In this document: positions 1 through 10,353 of the stretch, piece by piece
Layout of the letters: every line of letters starts with the position of its first letter
Position numbering within the stretch: the stretch's first letter is position 1
Source of the DNA: a virus
Lineage: Duplodnaviria; Caudoviricetes
Direction: 5' to 3' (one strand)
DNA: 64,000 nucleotides
IMG/VR virus record: IMGVR_UViG_3300049740_002155
Translations under genes and position numbers: made by a program
Notes under the pieces: model-generated
What the model saw: the letters and a program-made list of their open reading frames with translations, nothing else
The model's database searches: none
Told to the model about the DNA's origin: nothing

Positions 1-681
1 ACAATAGCTGGGTTTCAAAAGATATATGATGATTTTGTAGCAGATGGAAGAAAACGACAAGAAGCACTTGCTAATAGAAACAAAACTGACACAGAAGCAA
101 GAGGTCTTCGTAGACAACAATTAATGGATCGTCTTGCGGTATTGGATAAATCTAAAAGTGAATTAGAATCAAAAGGTGGTGGGTTATTTAGTAACAACAA
201 AAAGAAAATAGAAGAATTAAGAGTAGCACAGCAACCTGAAAGAGATTCCATCGCAACATCATTGTCAGCAATAACAGAAGAAGAAACTTCCGCAACAAAA
301 TCATATAATGATGCTCTTGCAAAGATTGATGATCAGATTTCAAGTGAATACGACAAATTTGTGGAAAAAGTAAATGGTCTTCGTGACACAACAAACGATT
401 TGGATAATGTGACTATTATAGAAGACAAATACGACAAAATAAAAGAAAACCAAGCAGAGATACTTAAGGAAAAAGAAGGAATTCGTGCAACTGATATTGG
501 TAGTTTTCGTTTTATTGCAGAATCATTTGGAATGCCAGTAGACCAAGTTGTAAAGTGGTTTATTATTGTAATTGTTTTGGTGTTTGATCCTGTCGCAGTT
601 GCACTTGTGTTGGCATACAACATTATGGTAGGTGGAAAAATGACTCTCGGAGAAGAGTTACCGAAAAAAAAAATTGGATAG
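1..681 (+). CDS. 5'-truncated coiled-coil membrane protein (conserved T4-like phage type)
   Basis: Frame is open from position 1. A long coiled coil is followed by IGSFRFIAE...[24 protein letters not shown], a TM hairpin motif typical of large myophages. The ORF ends just after an A10 run. Confidence 0.75.
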   Translation, partial: TIAGFQKIYDDFVADGRKRQEALANRNKTDTEARGLRRQQLMDRLAVLDKSKSELESKGGGLFSNNKKKIEELRVAQQPERDSIATSLSAITEEETSATKSYNDALAKIDDQISSEYDKFVEKVNGLRDTTNDLDNVTIIEDKYDKIKENQAEILKEKEGIRATDIGSFRFIAESFGMPVDQVVKWFIIVIVLVFDPVAVALVLAYNIMVGGKMTLGEELPKKKIG

Positions 682-1328
682 ATAATTTACCATTTGCCGA
701 TAAATTTCAAGAAGAAGGTGATTTCATAGAAGAAGTAGTTGAAGATGCTCCAACTCCAACTCCGTCACCTACACCAACTCCAACTGAAACACCAACCCCA
801 ACCCCAACTCCGTCACCTACACCAACCCCAACTCCGTCACCTATACCAACTCCAACTCCAACCGAAACACCAACCCCAACTCCGTCACCGACTCCAACTC
901 CAACTCCGTCACCTATACCAACTCCAACTCCAACCGAAACACCAACCCCAACTCCGTCACCGACTCCAACTCCAACTCCGTCACCTACACCGACTCCAAC
1001 TCCAACTGAAACACCAACTCCAACTCCGTCACCTACACCGACTCCAACTCCAACTGAAACACCAACTCCAACTCCGTCACCCACACCGACTCCAAGTCAA
1101 CAATTGGTTCGCAGACCAGCAAACTCGGTTGTTCGTAATGATGATAATGTGATTTCAACACCAATGTACGACACAGAAGAACAAAACAACAAAGGACCTT
1201 ATTATGTACCTTGGAAGAAGACATCAATGGAAGCACATGATAAATATTTTGCAAAAAAAATATATAAAAATAAAAAATATTTACCGGATAGTACACTAGG
1301 AAATGTACCAACAGACGAAGAATCCTAA
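672..1328 (+). CDS. Frameshifted C-terminal extension of the upstream membrane protein with a Pro/Thr repeat (no ATG of its own)
   Basis: The -1 frame after the A10 run (664-673) reads [26 protein letters not shown]-(PT/PS/ET)n-SQQLVRRP...TDEES* without a stop. It includes the track ORF 1104..1328. Confidence 0.7.
   Translation, partial: NWIDNLPFADKFQEEGDFIEEVVEDAPTPTPSPTPTPTETPTPTPTPSPTPTPTPSPIPTPTPTETPTPTPSPTPTPTPSPIPTPTPTETPTPTPSPTPTPTPSPTPTPTPTETPTPTPSPTPTPTPTETPTPTPSPTPTPSQQLVRRPANSVVRNDDNVISTPMYDTEEQNNKGPYYVPWKKTSMEAHDKYFAKKIYKNKKYLPDSTLGNVPTDEES
750..1094 (+). repeat. Coding tandem repeat (CCAACT-based) encoding about 115 aa of [14 protein letters not shown]
   Basis: Visible ccaact/ccgtcacct/gaaacacca units. 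The GVGVG and LQLQL track ORFs are off-frame shadows of this repeat. Confidence 0.95.
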
Positions 1329-1358
1329 TTTTAGTTTGGGGTTATATTTATTAAACAC

Positions 1359-1388
1359 TTGACTTTTCCTATTATTTTGTATTAAACT
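1359..1388 (+). promoter_or_regulatory. Putative sigma70-type early/middle promoter
   Basis: TTGACT-18bp-TAAACT immediately upstream of ORF 1394 and the sigma gene. Confidence 0.5.
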
Positions 1389-1393
1389 TAGGT

Positions 1394-1657
1394 ATGTATA
1401 TAAATATTTATTTAATAATTTTGGTAGTGATAGTGTCCACTATATTGTTATATACAATATTCAATCTATATAGAAAAAATTATATATATGAAAATTGGAT
1501 TTTTGAAACAAACGATTCTCTGAAAGATATACTCGATAAATGGCGAGTGATAGACTCTAAACAAATGTTTGAAAAGGATGATGAAGTCGGAGTGGTTTAT
1601 GAAGACATAGACGAACTTATCAAAGAAATAGAAACAAGGACAACCTATAATGGCTAA
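1394..1657 (+). CDS. Small membrane-anchored protein
   Basis: N-terminal hydrophobic helix IYLIILVVIVSTILLYTIFNLY. The ORF overlaps the start of the sigma gene. Confidence 0.7.
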   Translation: MYINIYLIILVVIVSTILLYTIFNLYRKNYIYENWIFETNDSLKDILDKWRVIDSKQMFEKDDEVGVVYEDIDELIKEIETRTTYNG

Positions 1658-2402
1658 TGAGAAAACAGAAAACACCACAAAAAAAGTAGTAAAACGAAGA
1701 AGACGAAAAAAAGGAAAAAGTAATATATACTTCTCACAAGAAACAGAAGATGCAATAGTTGAATATAATGCTTCGGATGATGAAAAAGAAAGAAATGACA
1801 TCTATAACGACAGAATAAGATACGCATTTGAAAAATTAGCCGAAAATATTTTAAATACATTTAAGTTCTCTTACTTTCAATGCAGCCATGAAGAAGTACA
1901 ACAAGAAGTTGTAAGCAACCTTGTAAGTAATATACACAAATACAAACAAGGAAACGGAAAGGCCTTCTCCTATTTTAGTATCATTGCAAAAAACTTTTTG
2001 ATTTTATATAACAACGGGAATTACAAAAAATTTAAAAGACACATGAGTGTTGATGACGATGAGATTGTGTATGAACGAAAAGAACTTACAGTAAATCCTC
2101 GTAATGAAACAAAAAGGAAAGAGGTGAATGAGTTCATTGGTTTAATGATTAATTATTATGACGCAAACCTTGAGAAGATGTTTAAGAAACCACAGGAATT
2201 AAAAATTGCGGCTGCGGTAGTAGAAATATTTAGAAGATGTGACTCAATTGAAAACTTTAATAAGAAAGCCATATATTTGTATATACGGGAGATGACTGAT
2301 TGCAAAACTCAAAATATTACAAAAGTTGTAAACAAAATGAGAGATGTGCAGACAAACATTACTAGATCGTATATAGAAAATGGGTATATTGACACTAACT
2401 AA
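1650..2402 (+). CDS. Phage late-transcription sigma factor (T4 gp55-like)
   Basis: Motifs YFSQETEDAIVEYN, RNDIYNDRI..AFEKLAENI and GKAFSYFSIIAKN resemble sigma region 2 of gp55-type factors. Confidence 0.7.
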   Translation: MANEKTENTTKKVVKRRRRKKGKSNIYFSQETEDAIVEYNASDDEKERNDIYNDRIRYAFEKLAENILNTFKFSYFQCSHEEVQQEVVSNLVSNIHKYKQGNGKAFSYFSIIAKNFLILYNNGNYKKFKRHMSVDDDEIVYERKELTVNPRNETKRKEVNEFIGLMINYYDANLEKMFKKPQELKIAAAVVEIFRRCDSIENFNKKAIYLYIREMTDCKTQNITKVVNKMRDVQTNITRSYIENGYIDTN

Positions 2403-2425
2403 TTATACAAAAAATATATACATCT

Positions 2426-2439
2426 ATATTTATATTTAT
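2426..2439 (+). promoter_or_regulatory. Putative late promoter motif ATATTTAT (tandem copy)
   Basis: The same octamer recurs upstream of about 15 structural genes (see findings). Confidence 0.6.
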
Positions 2440-2440
2440 T

Positions 2441-2860
2441 ATGGATTCGGATGTAGAAATTTTTAAAGGAAAAACATTTTCATCTCTTGTCAAAGACATT
2501 TATTTTAACTCTAGTCATAAAAAGGAGCAAATAAATCAATTGATAAAAGATTTACGTGAAATGGTAAAGGACATTGGGTCGGCTACGGTTATAGCACCCA
2601 TGATAAAAGATTATATTGATGTTGGGATTAAGAACGATGATCAGTTGGTTAAATTATCTGCGGTGTTACAAAGATTTATAGCAGGTACATCAGCAGGAGA
2701 TATAGACGGTGGTTCGGGTGGAATATTGTCAGATGAGGAAAAAGAACAACTATTGAGTAGTGTTAAAAAAGAAATTGATGAACTTGAAAAAAATAATAAT
2801 TTAGTAGAAAACAAAATAGACAATGCAGAGCAACTAAAGAAAAAAATAGTTGAGTCTTAA
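2441..2860 (+). CDS. Conserved helical phage protein (weak candidate for terminase small subunit)
   Basis: 139-aa helical ORF with a late motif upstream. The NDDQLVKL helix is only reminiscent of TerS oligomerisation helices. Confidence 0.45.
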   Translation: MDSDVEIFKGKTFSSLVKDIYFNSSHKKEQINQLIKDLREMVKDIGSATVIAPMIKDYIDVGIKNDDQLVKLSAVLQRFIAGTSAGDIDGGSGGILSDEEKEQLLSSVKKEIDELEKNNNLVENKIDNAEQLKKKIVES

Positions 2861-2861
2861 A

Positions 2862-5800
2862 ATGGCATATAGCAAGTATAAGAAAAAGTCTGTAACGAAG
2901 GAGTTGAATACCAATCACCTGGCAACTCATAGATATCTACACAGTACAACACCAGACAATGTTCAGTTTTATGAATTAGAATCGGCTGTGGTACTGGATG
3001 TTATACGGAACGAAGATCATCCGATATTTTCTGATTCTGAATTAAAACCAGTAATTTCTCAAGATGAGTGGCCAGAAGGTTGGAACACTCAAGATCAAAT
3101 TGATTATTCGTGGATTGGTCGCATTAAAGTTAGAATGATTCATAGCCAGAATAAAGCACCCATTAACGAATTATCTTGGGTTCTGCCTATGGATGGAACT
3201 ATTAAAGAATATCCACTTGTAAACGAAATAGTAATAGTAGCAAAGTATGTAAACAATTTATATTATACAAGAAGATTAAATTCACGAAACTTTTTAAATA
3301 ATTCCGCAGACTTTAGAACAGAACCAAGGTTTGGTGCAAATAACCGACTAACTGCACAGAATTGCCCAAATCTAAAAGGGGCATTAAATTCATCAAATAT
3401 TAGCAAGGCATCAAATAAATATGGACAATTTCTCGGAAAGTATTTTAAAGCAAATAATATAGTTCGTCCGTTAAAAAACTACGAAGGTGACACTATAATT
3501 GAAAGTAGATTTGGTTCAAGCATAAGATTTGGTTGTTATGAAGATAATCCTGAAATAGATGCAGGAACCTCCGAGGGGAATGGAGACGCATATAACAATA
3601 ATCTTGGCAATCCAATGATATTAATAAGGAATCGTCAAAAACCCAGAGCAGGTGAAGAGGATACATATTCGCATACAATATTAGAGGATATAAATCACGA
3701 TGGTTCTTCCATACACATTACTAGTGGAAAAACAAAAAGCAAATTTGCACCAACACTTGTTGGACCCGAGGGAGACAGTGGGGGTGGAGAAGAAGAAACA
3801 CCTGAAAAGTTTGGTGGGTTATCTAATTTGGCAAATTCATCAGTAGGTACTGGAATTGATCCGTCAAATTCACTTGCACAGGCCGCATCTACTGCCGGGG
3901 CAGTTGGTCAGGCGGGTTTAAATATGGCAGAGACAGCTGGTAAAGCATATGTTGACCAACAATTAGCAGGTCCTATGATGGCTGCACAACTAGGTGGTGC
4001 GGCTATGGACGCAGCGGGTGGAATCTCAGGTGGTGGGGGTGTAGGAGGAGGTTCTGGTGTAACAAGTGGCAACACCGGAGCAACCGGACCAGGAGCAGCC
4101 GCACAGAAAGCATCACAGGGAGATTGGTCGGGTTCTATTGGAGCAAGTATGGGGACTGCAATTGGAACAGAGGACGGACAAAAAGTAGGAAACCGACTCG
4201 GTAACATGGGAATTGAAGATGCATCAAAGTTGGTAAATGTAAAAGGTGTTTCGTCTGGAACCGGATCATCTGCACTGGTTGGTGGAAGTGTTGGTGCTTC
4301 CGGTGCTATCGGGTCTGGTGGTGTTTCACACCCAATTGGCACGAATAAAGGAAAAAGTAATTTCATAAAAGGTGTTGGTCTTGGTAACTTTTCACTCAAT
4401 TCAACATATGAACAAGGAATAATTGGAGCAGTGAAAACTGCAAATAAAGTCGGAAAGTCAACATTACTTAAAAAAACGAAAGCAGGAAGGGCATTGTCAG
4501 CTGCTTCGTCTCTTGGGATTGGAATACCGGGTGCCAATGATCTTGGAATTAACTCGGGTGATAGTGCAATGTTTAAAATATTTAAACTTGCTTCGTTTGG
4601 TGTTAAGTCAATATGTGCTGGTTTAAAAAATAAAAAAGGATATGGTTCTGATACCGAAGAGTCTTTGGGGTGGTTGTTATCGTTTGGAATAAATCTAGAA
4701 CTACTTGCAATTTTAATGGCAATATTTGATCGTCTTAGAAATCTTAAATTTAATTTTGGTGCAATGTTTTCATTTGATCTTAATAGTCTTAAATTCGATT
4801 TGTGTGATTGGGTAAATCAAGTTGAGTTTGGAAATTCACTGACAGATACACTTAAAGGTGAGACGGGTAAATTTCTTGGTGGGGCAACCTCGGGTGCAGG
4901 TTTAATGGGTGGGGTTGGTGGTGGACTTTTAGGTGGTCTAACCGGAGATGCTTCCAATAAAGATAAGACGGCTGCACTTGGAATGGATTTGCAATCAAAA
5001 GGAACACTTGGTGCTTTTACCAAAAGAGATCCCGACTTTGCTCAACAATTTCAACTTATTACTGACGAAGAAAAGGCACAACTCAAAGCAGCCGGGTCTA
5101 GTTTTGGTTCAATGGGGTTGTCGTTAAAAAAAGGAAACAACCAAGTTGCCACTATGGGATTTGATCCGATTACTGGTCTTTTTAGAAATAAACAAGCAGG
5201 ACCTGGAAGCATACTGAGTGCAAGTGTAGACCCAGGTGCAGCCAGTTCGTCAAAAATAGCAAGCAATCTTGGTGCAATAAGTTATATGTCCGGAACCGGT
5301 GGAATTCAATATGGAGCATCTGTTGATGAGATTAACACAGGAAATGCTACAAAAGAAATTAAAGACCCACTCGGTGAGAAAAACCAGCAAACTTCACAAC
5401 CTCAACAACAAACTCCACAACCTACTTCTCAGACAACAACACCAAATAACCAAACAACACAACCAGCATCAACGGATCAGAGTTCGCAACCATCTGCTCC
5501 CCAAAGCAATCAACAAGCAGGTGGTGGTGGCCAAAGTCCACAATCGTCTAGTGGAACATCTTCGACACCTAATACACAACTTGCATCCGATCCAAACACC
5601 CAATCATCACCCAACGCATCGACCACCACATCACCATCTGCGAGTAATGGAGTGACGGCTGCTCCACAAAATCCAAGTTCTGTAACATCATTTCACACGG
5701 GTGATGAAATAACAAAAGCAGATTTAGCAGGAACTCCTTTGCAGAATGCAGATTTAAATGCCGTATCTTTATTGCATCCCAATGACCTTGCGGTATTAAA

Positions 5801-6335
5801 AGACTCAAAAGCAGTTAATGACTCACTAAAACAAGCACAGGAAGCAAAAGATCAGACATTTAACTCAGAAATGGAAAAATCTGAAAAGCAAGCAAAAGAA
5901 GAGGGTGGTGGGAATTTAATTTTCGGTCAACCTATCGGTGAACTTACTGGTAATCAAATCATATTAAACTCAGAACGAATATTGTTGTCATCAAAAAGTG
6001 CAGAAATGGTACAATATGCAAAGGGTAAGTATGCAGTTGCAACCGATGGGGAATTAACAATGAATGCAGTGCAGAGAATTGTAACAGTTACTGCTGTACA
6101 TACATCTGTTGTTTCCCCAACTATTCACTTGGGAGAATATTATACATTTAACCATCCAGTTTTAAAGGGTGATATTGCAGTCAATTGGTTGAGTTCATTG
6201 TGTGGTTGGTTAAGCTCACACACTCACCACGACCCATATATTTCAACGAGTAGTCCGGCTCAACAAGGACAATTGTCTGGATTAAGAGCAAGATTGCCAA
6301 CATTATTAAGTACACGTGTATTTATAGCTGGATAA
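2862..6335 (+). CDS. gp5-like baseplate central hub/spike protein with a large Gly/Ala/Ser-rich insertion
   Basis: N-terminal OB-fold-like IGRIKVR...PLVNEIV and GDTIIESRFGSSIRFG; C-terminal QIILNSERILLSSK...IHLG...PVLKGD; located upstream of gp25/gp6. ATG at 2862 is preferred over the track start at 2850. Confidence 0.7.
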   Translation: MAYSKYKKKSVTKELNTNHLATHRYLHSTTPDNVQFYELESAVVLDVIRNEDHPIFSDSELKPVISQDEWPEGWNTQDQIDYSWIGRIKVRMIHSQNKAPINELSWVLPMDGTIKEYPLVNEIVIVAKYVNNLYYTRRLNSRNFLNNSADFRTEPRFGANNRLTAQNCPNLKGALNSSNISKASNKYGQFLGKYFKANNIVRPLKNYEGDTIIESRFGSSIRFGCYEDNPEIDAGTSEGNGDAYNNNLGNPMILIRNRQKPRAGEEDTYSHTILEDINHDGSSIHITSGKTKSKFAPTLVGPEGDSGGGEEETPEKFGGLSNLANSSVGTGIDPSNSLAQAASTAGAVGQAGLNMAETAGKAYVDQQLAGPMMAAQLGGAAMDAAGGISGGGGVGGGSGVTSGNTGATGPGAAAQKASQGDWSGSIGASMGTAIGTEDGQKVGNRLGNMGIEDASKLVNVKGVSSGTGSSALVGGSVGASGAIGSGGVSHPIGTNKGKSNFIKGVGLGNFSLNSTYEQGIIGAVKTANKVGKSTLLKKTKAGRALSAASSLGIGIPGANDLGINSGDSAMFKIFKLASFGVKSICAGLKNKKGYGSDTEESLGWLLSFGINLELLAILMAIFDRLRNLKFNFGAMFSFDLNSLKFDLCDWVNQVEFGNSLTDTLKGETGKFLGGATSGAGLMGGVGGGLLGGLTGDASNKDKTAALGMDLQSKGTLGAFTKRDPDFAQQFQLITDEEKAQLKAAGSSFGSMGLSLKKGNNQVATMGFDPITGLFRNKQAGPGSILSASVDPGAASSSKIASNLGAISYMSGTGGIQYGASVDEINTGNATKEIKDPLGEKNQQTSQPQQQTPQPTSQTTTPNNQTTQPASTDQSSQPSAPQSNQQAGGGGQSPQSSSGTSSTPNTQLASDPNTQSSPNASTTTSPSASNGVTAAPQNPSSVTSFHTGDEITKADLAGTPLQNADLNAVSLLHPNDLAVLKDSKAVNDSLKQAQEAKDQTFNSEMEKSEKQAKEEGGGNLIFGQPIGELTGNQIILNSERILLSSKSAEMVQYAKGKYAVATDGELTMNAVQRIVTVTAVHTSVVSPTIHLGEYYTFNHPVLKGDIAVNWLSSLCGWLSSHTHHDPYISTSSPAQQGQLSGLRARLPTLLSTRVFIAG

Positions 6336-6367
6336 AATATATATTGATATATTTATTTATAATTATT

Positions 6368-6772
6368 ATGAAGAAGACAGAACTAAAAAACCTAATAAAA
6401 GAAGCAGTTCGTGAAGAACTAAGAAGTTACTTACCAAAACTAATCAGTGAACTGAGAACAAAACAAACGAACGAAAAACCTACGGATATTGTAGAAGAAA
6501 CAAAAAAGTCATTGTTAAAGGTAAGAAATACAGAAACTAAACCTCTAAAGAGTTTTTCTAAAAATCCTGCGATTAATCAAATACTAAATGAAACAGTCGG
6601 AGGTGTGCCACAAGAAGGTTCTATGGTTTCAGGTGGACAGACATCGTTTTCCGATACCAACGGAAATCAAGTAGATGTAAATACATTACCTGACCACTTA
6701 TCCTCCGCATTGACAAGAAATTATTCGGACATAATGAAACTTGTTGATAAAAAACGAGGAAAGATTACATGA
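6368..6772 (+). CDS. Hypothetical protein with head-protein-type N-terminus
   Basis: Starts MKKTELKNLIKEAVREEL and has an internal ILNE site. ATATTTAT at 6349-6356. Confidence 0.75.
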   Translation: MKKTELKNLIKEAVREELRSYLPKLISELRTKQTNEKPTDIVEETKKSLLKVRNTETKPLKSFSKNPAINQILNETVGGVPQEGSMVSGGQTSFSDTNGNQVDVNTLPDHLSSALTRNYSDIMKLVDKKRGKIT

Positions 6773-7161
6773 GTGGAGTTGGGCTAGGAATAAAAATTCC
6801 GTATACACGGGATAATCAGTTTGGTTACTTTGCACAGGTCGAGACCGACCTTGAAAAAGCAAGAACTAATCTAAAAATGTTATTAATGACATCAAAGGGA
6901 GAACGACCCATGATGCCCACATACGGAAGTGACTTAAAAAAGATTTTGTTTTCGCAAAATACGGAAGGTGCGGTTGATCTTGAGTTTGAAGATGCAGTCA
7001 TATCAGCAACAAGTACATGGATGCCTTCGGTTATTATATCTAATGTAAGTGTTGACCGAGACCCAATTAATAATCCATATCAAGCAACAATAATAATACA
7101 ATTTGAACTATCAAACATTCCAGACTCGGAACAAACACTTGACCTACAACTTGAGATTTAA
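6769..7161 (+). CDS. gp25: Baseplate wedge protein, gp25-like
   Basis: NLKMLLMTSKGERPMMPTYGSDLKKILF matches the GPW/gp25 signature. Confidence 0.9.
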   Translation: MSGVGLGIKIPYTRDNQFGYFAQVETDLEKARTNLKMLLMTSKGERPMMPTYGSDLKKILFSQNTEGAVDLEFEDAVISATSTWMPSVIISNVSVDRDPINNPYQATIIIQFELSNIPDSEQTLDLQLEI

Positions 7162-7163
7162 TT

Positions 7164-9137
7164 ATGGCAACTGACATGGACATTTTTGGCAACACAAAGG
7201 GTAAAGACATAAATTACCTTAGTAGAGATTTTAATTCATTTAAGACAAATTTGGTTCAATATATAAAATCATACTATCCAGGTTCATATTCAGATTTTAG
7301 TGAAAACTCAACGGGTATGATGTTCGTAGAACTCACGGCTTATGTGGGTGATGTTCTTTCTTATTATATAGACTATCAATTTAAAGAGGGTTTTCTTCAA
7401 TTTGCATCTGAACGAAAAAATATAATGACACTTGCAAATTATTTGGGATACAGACCCAAACCGGCAGTACCTGCATCTACTAATGTAGAGATTATGCATA
7501 TCGTACCAGCAAGGTTGGATAACAAGGGAAAAAATATACCAGATATGAGGTATTCTTTGAATATTGAACCAGGAATGGAGGTACGTTCAAATGATAATGC
7601 AGATGTTGTTTTTAGAACTACACAGGCCATATCCTTTGCAGAAAATAGTCCTGATTCACCACTGACAATTAAAGTCTTTGAAAGAGATACCTCGGGACAA
7701 CCAGTTTATTATTTGCTTAAAAAAATAGCACACGTATCAAGTGGAACACTCATACGAAAGAAAATTCAAGTGGGAGAGGCATCACCTTTTTATGAGGTTG
7801 AACTTGGAGAAGAAAATGTGCTTGAAATTCTATCAGTAACGGATTCAGACGGAAACGCATATTACCAAGTTCCTTATTTAGCCCAAAGTACTGTGTTAAT
7901 TGAAGAACCTAATAATGAAAGAAATAGTCCACTTTACTCTAGGTATGCAACCAGTGTACCTTATATACTAAAATATATAAAAACATCTCGTAGATATGTG
8001 GTACATACAAATACCGACAATTCAACTACATTGGAATTCGGAAAGGGTGACGATAAAATTGATGATGAAATTATAATTCCAAGAATGAGTAATGTAGGAC
8101 GCACGATGAATGAAAACAGATCGGTAATGGATATGGGATATGATCCAAGTAATTTCTTAAAAACGGATTCTTACGGAGAAGCACCTGCAAATACAGAACT
8201 TACGATTGACTATTATATTGGTGGTGGAACTACTTCTAATGTTGCAAGTAATACATTAAACACAATAAGTCTTGTAAAATACACAGAAACAAGTGAATAC
8301 TTAAATCAAAGTGAACGTTCGGTTTTAGAGGGAATAAAGAATAGTCTTAAAGTAAACAATCCAAATCCCGCACGTGGTGGTAAGGGAAGTGAGAGTGATG
8401 AAGAAATACGACTCAAAGGGTTGTCATCATTTCCAGCACAATTACGAGCAGTAACCCGTGATGACTATGTTGTAAGGGCATATTCAATGCCATCTAAATT
8501 TGGAAGTGTGGCAAAAGCATTTGTGACAAAAGATGGAATATTGGATACAAACTCACAACTTGATGTTATAAAAAATAATGAAACAGAAAACGATGTAACT
8601 CCTGAATCAATCAATAGAGTTTATGGGGAAATCAATAATCCATTTGCAATAAATATGTATATATTAAGTTACGATGCGGATAAAAAATTAACAGAACCAA
8701 ATGACTTAGTATTTAAAAACCTAACAAGTTATATATCACAATACAGAATGTTGACAGATGGAATAAACATTACAAACGCATTTGTAATTAATATTGGTAT
8801 ATATTTTGAAATTTCTGTTTTGCATAATTTTAACCAAAAAGAAGTATTAGATACCTGTCTGATTGAATTAACCGATTACTTTGAAGTAGACAATTGGCAA
8901 ATATCACAACCAATTGAATTAAGTAGTATAGAAATAATGATTTCAAAAATCAATGGAGTGCGTACGGTTGGTAGTCTGAGGGTGGTTAACTTAACATCAA
9001 ACGAAGGAAACTATTCAGCAAATGAATACGACATTGAGGCCGCAACAATAAATAAGATTTTATACCCATCGATGGACCCATCCATATTTGAAGTCAAATT
9101 TCCAAGCAGAGATATTGTAGGGAGGGTGGTGTCGTGA
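7164..9137 (+). CDS. gp6: Baseplate wedge protein, gp6-like
   Basis: RDFNSFKTNL...YVGDVLSYYID...SERKNIMTLA..LGY; GG...ESDEEIR...QLRAVTRDDY. Confidence 0.9.
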   Translation: MATDMDIFGNTKGKDINYLSRDFNSFKTNLVQYIKSYYPGSYSDFSENSTGMMFVELTAYVGDVLSYYIDYQFKEGFLQFASERKNIMTLANYLGYRPKPAVPASTNVEIMHIVPARLDNKGKNIPDMRYSLNIEPGMEVRSNDNADVVFRTTQAISFAENSPDSPLTIKVFERDTSGQPVYYLLKKIAHVSSGTLIRKKIQVGEASPFYEVELGEENVLEILSVTDSDGNAYYQVPYLAQSTVLIEEPNNERNSPLYSRYATSVPYILKYIKTSRRYVVHTNTDNSTTLEFGKGDDKIDDEIIIPRMSNVGRTMNENRSVMDMGYDPSNFLKTDSYGEAPANTELTIDYYIGGGTTSNVASNTLNTISLVKYTETSEYLNQSERSVLEGIKNSLKVNNPNPARGGKGSESDEEIRLKGLSSFPAQLRAVTRDDYVVRAYSMPSKFGSVAKAFVTKDGILDTNSQLDVIKNNETENDVTPESINRVYGEINNPFAINMYILSYDADKKLTEPNDLVFKNLTSYISQYRMLTDGINITNAFVINIGIYFEISVLHNFNQKEVLDTCLIELTDYFEVDNWQISQPIELSSIEIMISKINGVRTVGSLRVVNLTSNEGNYSANEYDIEAATINKILYPSMDPSIFEVKFPSRDIVGRVVS

Positions 9138-10351
9138 ATTTATTTTATTATCCAAAAAAAGACTCAACAATTTATAGTCAAAGTTCTATACGTGAACTGA
9201 ACTTCGGAAAGTCAGAGATTTTAGAATTAAGAAATGACTGGTCAATGGGACGTGGGTCAGATATTTCACGCATTCTATTACAATTCGATATTCCATTTTC
9301 TTTGCAAAATTATACCAATTTTAAGAATTTAAGATTTTATTTAAAACTCAACATTACTCAGTCCGAAGAACTGACGGATGACACAAACATTTGTATCCAT
9401 CCTGTATCGGATGAATGGCAAAGTGGAACTGGAATAGGGTTTGACGCAGATCCAGAATATCATGCGGTAAATTGGTTGTTTAAAACCGACTCTAATCTAT
9501 GGAATACAGAAAACCAAGGTGGTGGTAGTTATTACACTCACATTAAAAGATGCGAAGCTGATAAAAGACCTTTAGTGTCAATATATAAATTTGAAAACAA
9601 AACATCCGACGTAGAGGTGGACGTAACTGACATAGTAAAATGTTGGATTCTCGGTGACATTAAAAACAATGGTTTTTTAGTCAAATTTGAAAGTGAGGGA
9701 CGAAGTGAAAGAAGTCAGTCAATAAAATTTTATTCAAGTAATACAAATACAATATACTCACCGATACTAAAGGCCTGTTATGTTGATTATGTTAGTGTTG
9801 AAACCACAGACACAGCAATCGGATCAGGAAGTTTATCCGGATCATTAAGTTCATTTGAATTTAACATTCCAACATCATCTAGTTTAGAATTATATGAAGA
9901 AGATGTAGATGAAAACGTAGTAATTGGAACGTGTGAACAATTTGTAGAAGAACCCACACTAATAAAAAAACCAGAACCATCTGTATCGGGTGATATTACG
10001 GCAAAAATAAAAACAATAAGAAAAAAATATTTTAATAATGAACAAGTTAAGTTTAATGTCTCGGTTAGAAATAAAAACCCAATTAAAACATTTTCAAACA
10101 AAGCAAGGTATGGTGGAGATAGCATAACTGATTATGATATGTTTTATAGTGTACGAGATGCAGAAACTCATGAAATAATAATTGATTATACCGACTTTTC
10201 ACGGATAAGTAACTCAACAGATGGTCATTTTTTCATATTAGATTTAAGTGGTTTGCATATAGGAAGGTACTATAAGATAATGCTTATGGTCACAGGTGAG
10301 AATGGAACTGAAGTGTTTGATGATACACGTGTATTTGAGATAGGAAGTTAA
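9134..10351 (+). CDS. Baseplate-associated protein with DNRLRE-like N-terminal beta-sandwich
   Basis: YPKKDSTIYS...NFGKSEILEL...SRILLQFDI...NNGFLVK pattern; lies in the baseplate operon. Confidence 0.55.
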   Translation: MNLFYYPKKDSTIYSQSSIRELNFGKSEILELRNDWSMGRGSDISRILLQFDIPFSLQNYTNFKNLRFYLKLNITQSEELTDDTNICIHPVSDEWQSGTGIGFDADPEYHAVNWLFKTDSNLWNTENQGGGSYYTHIKRCEADKRPLVSIYKFENKTSDVEVDVTDIVKCWILGDIKNNGFLVKFESEGRSERSQSIKFYSSNTNTIYSPILKACYVDYVSVETTDTAIGSGSLSGSLSSFEFNIPTSSSLELYEEDVDENVVIGTCEQFVEEPTLIKKPEPSVSGDITAKIKTIRKKYFNNEQVKFNVSVRNKNPIKTFSNKARYGGDSITDYDMFYSVRDAETHEIIIDYTDFSRISNSTDGHFFILDLSGLHIGRYYKIMLMVTGENGTEVFDDTRVFEIGS

Positions 10352-10353
10352 GC

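Noticed and set aside
707-1152. ORFs 707..1084 (-, GVGVG) and 739..1152 (+, LQLQL)
   Set aside because: Off-frame and antisense shadows of the PT-encoding repeat.
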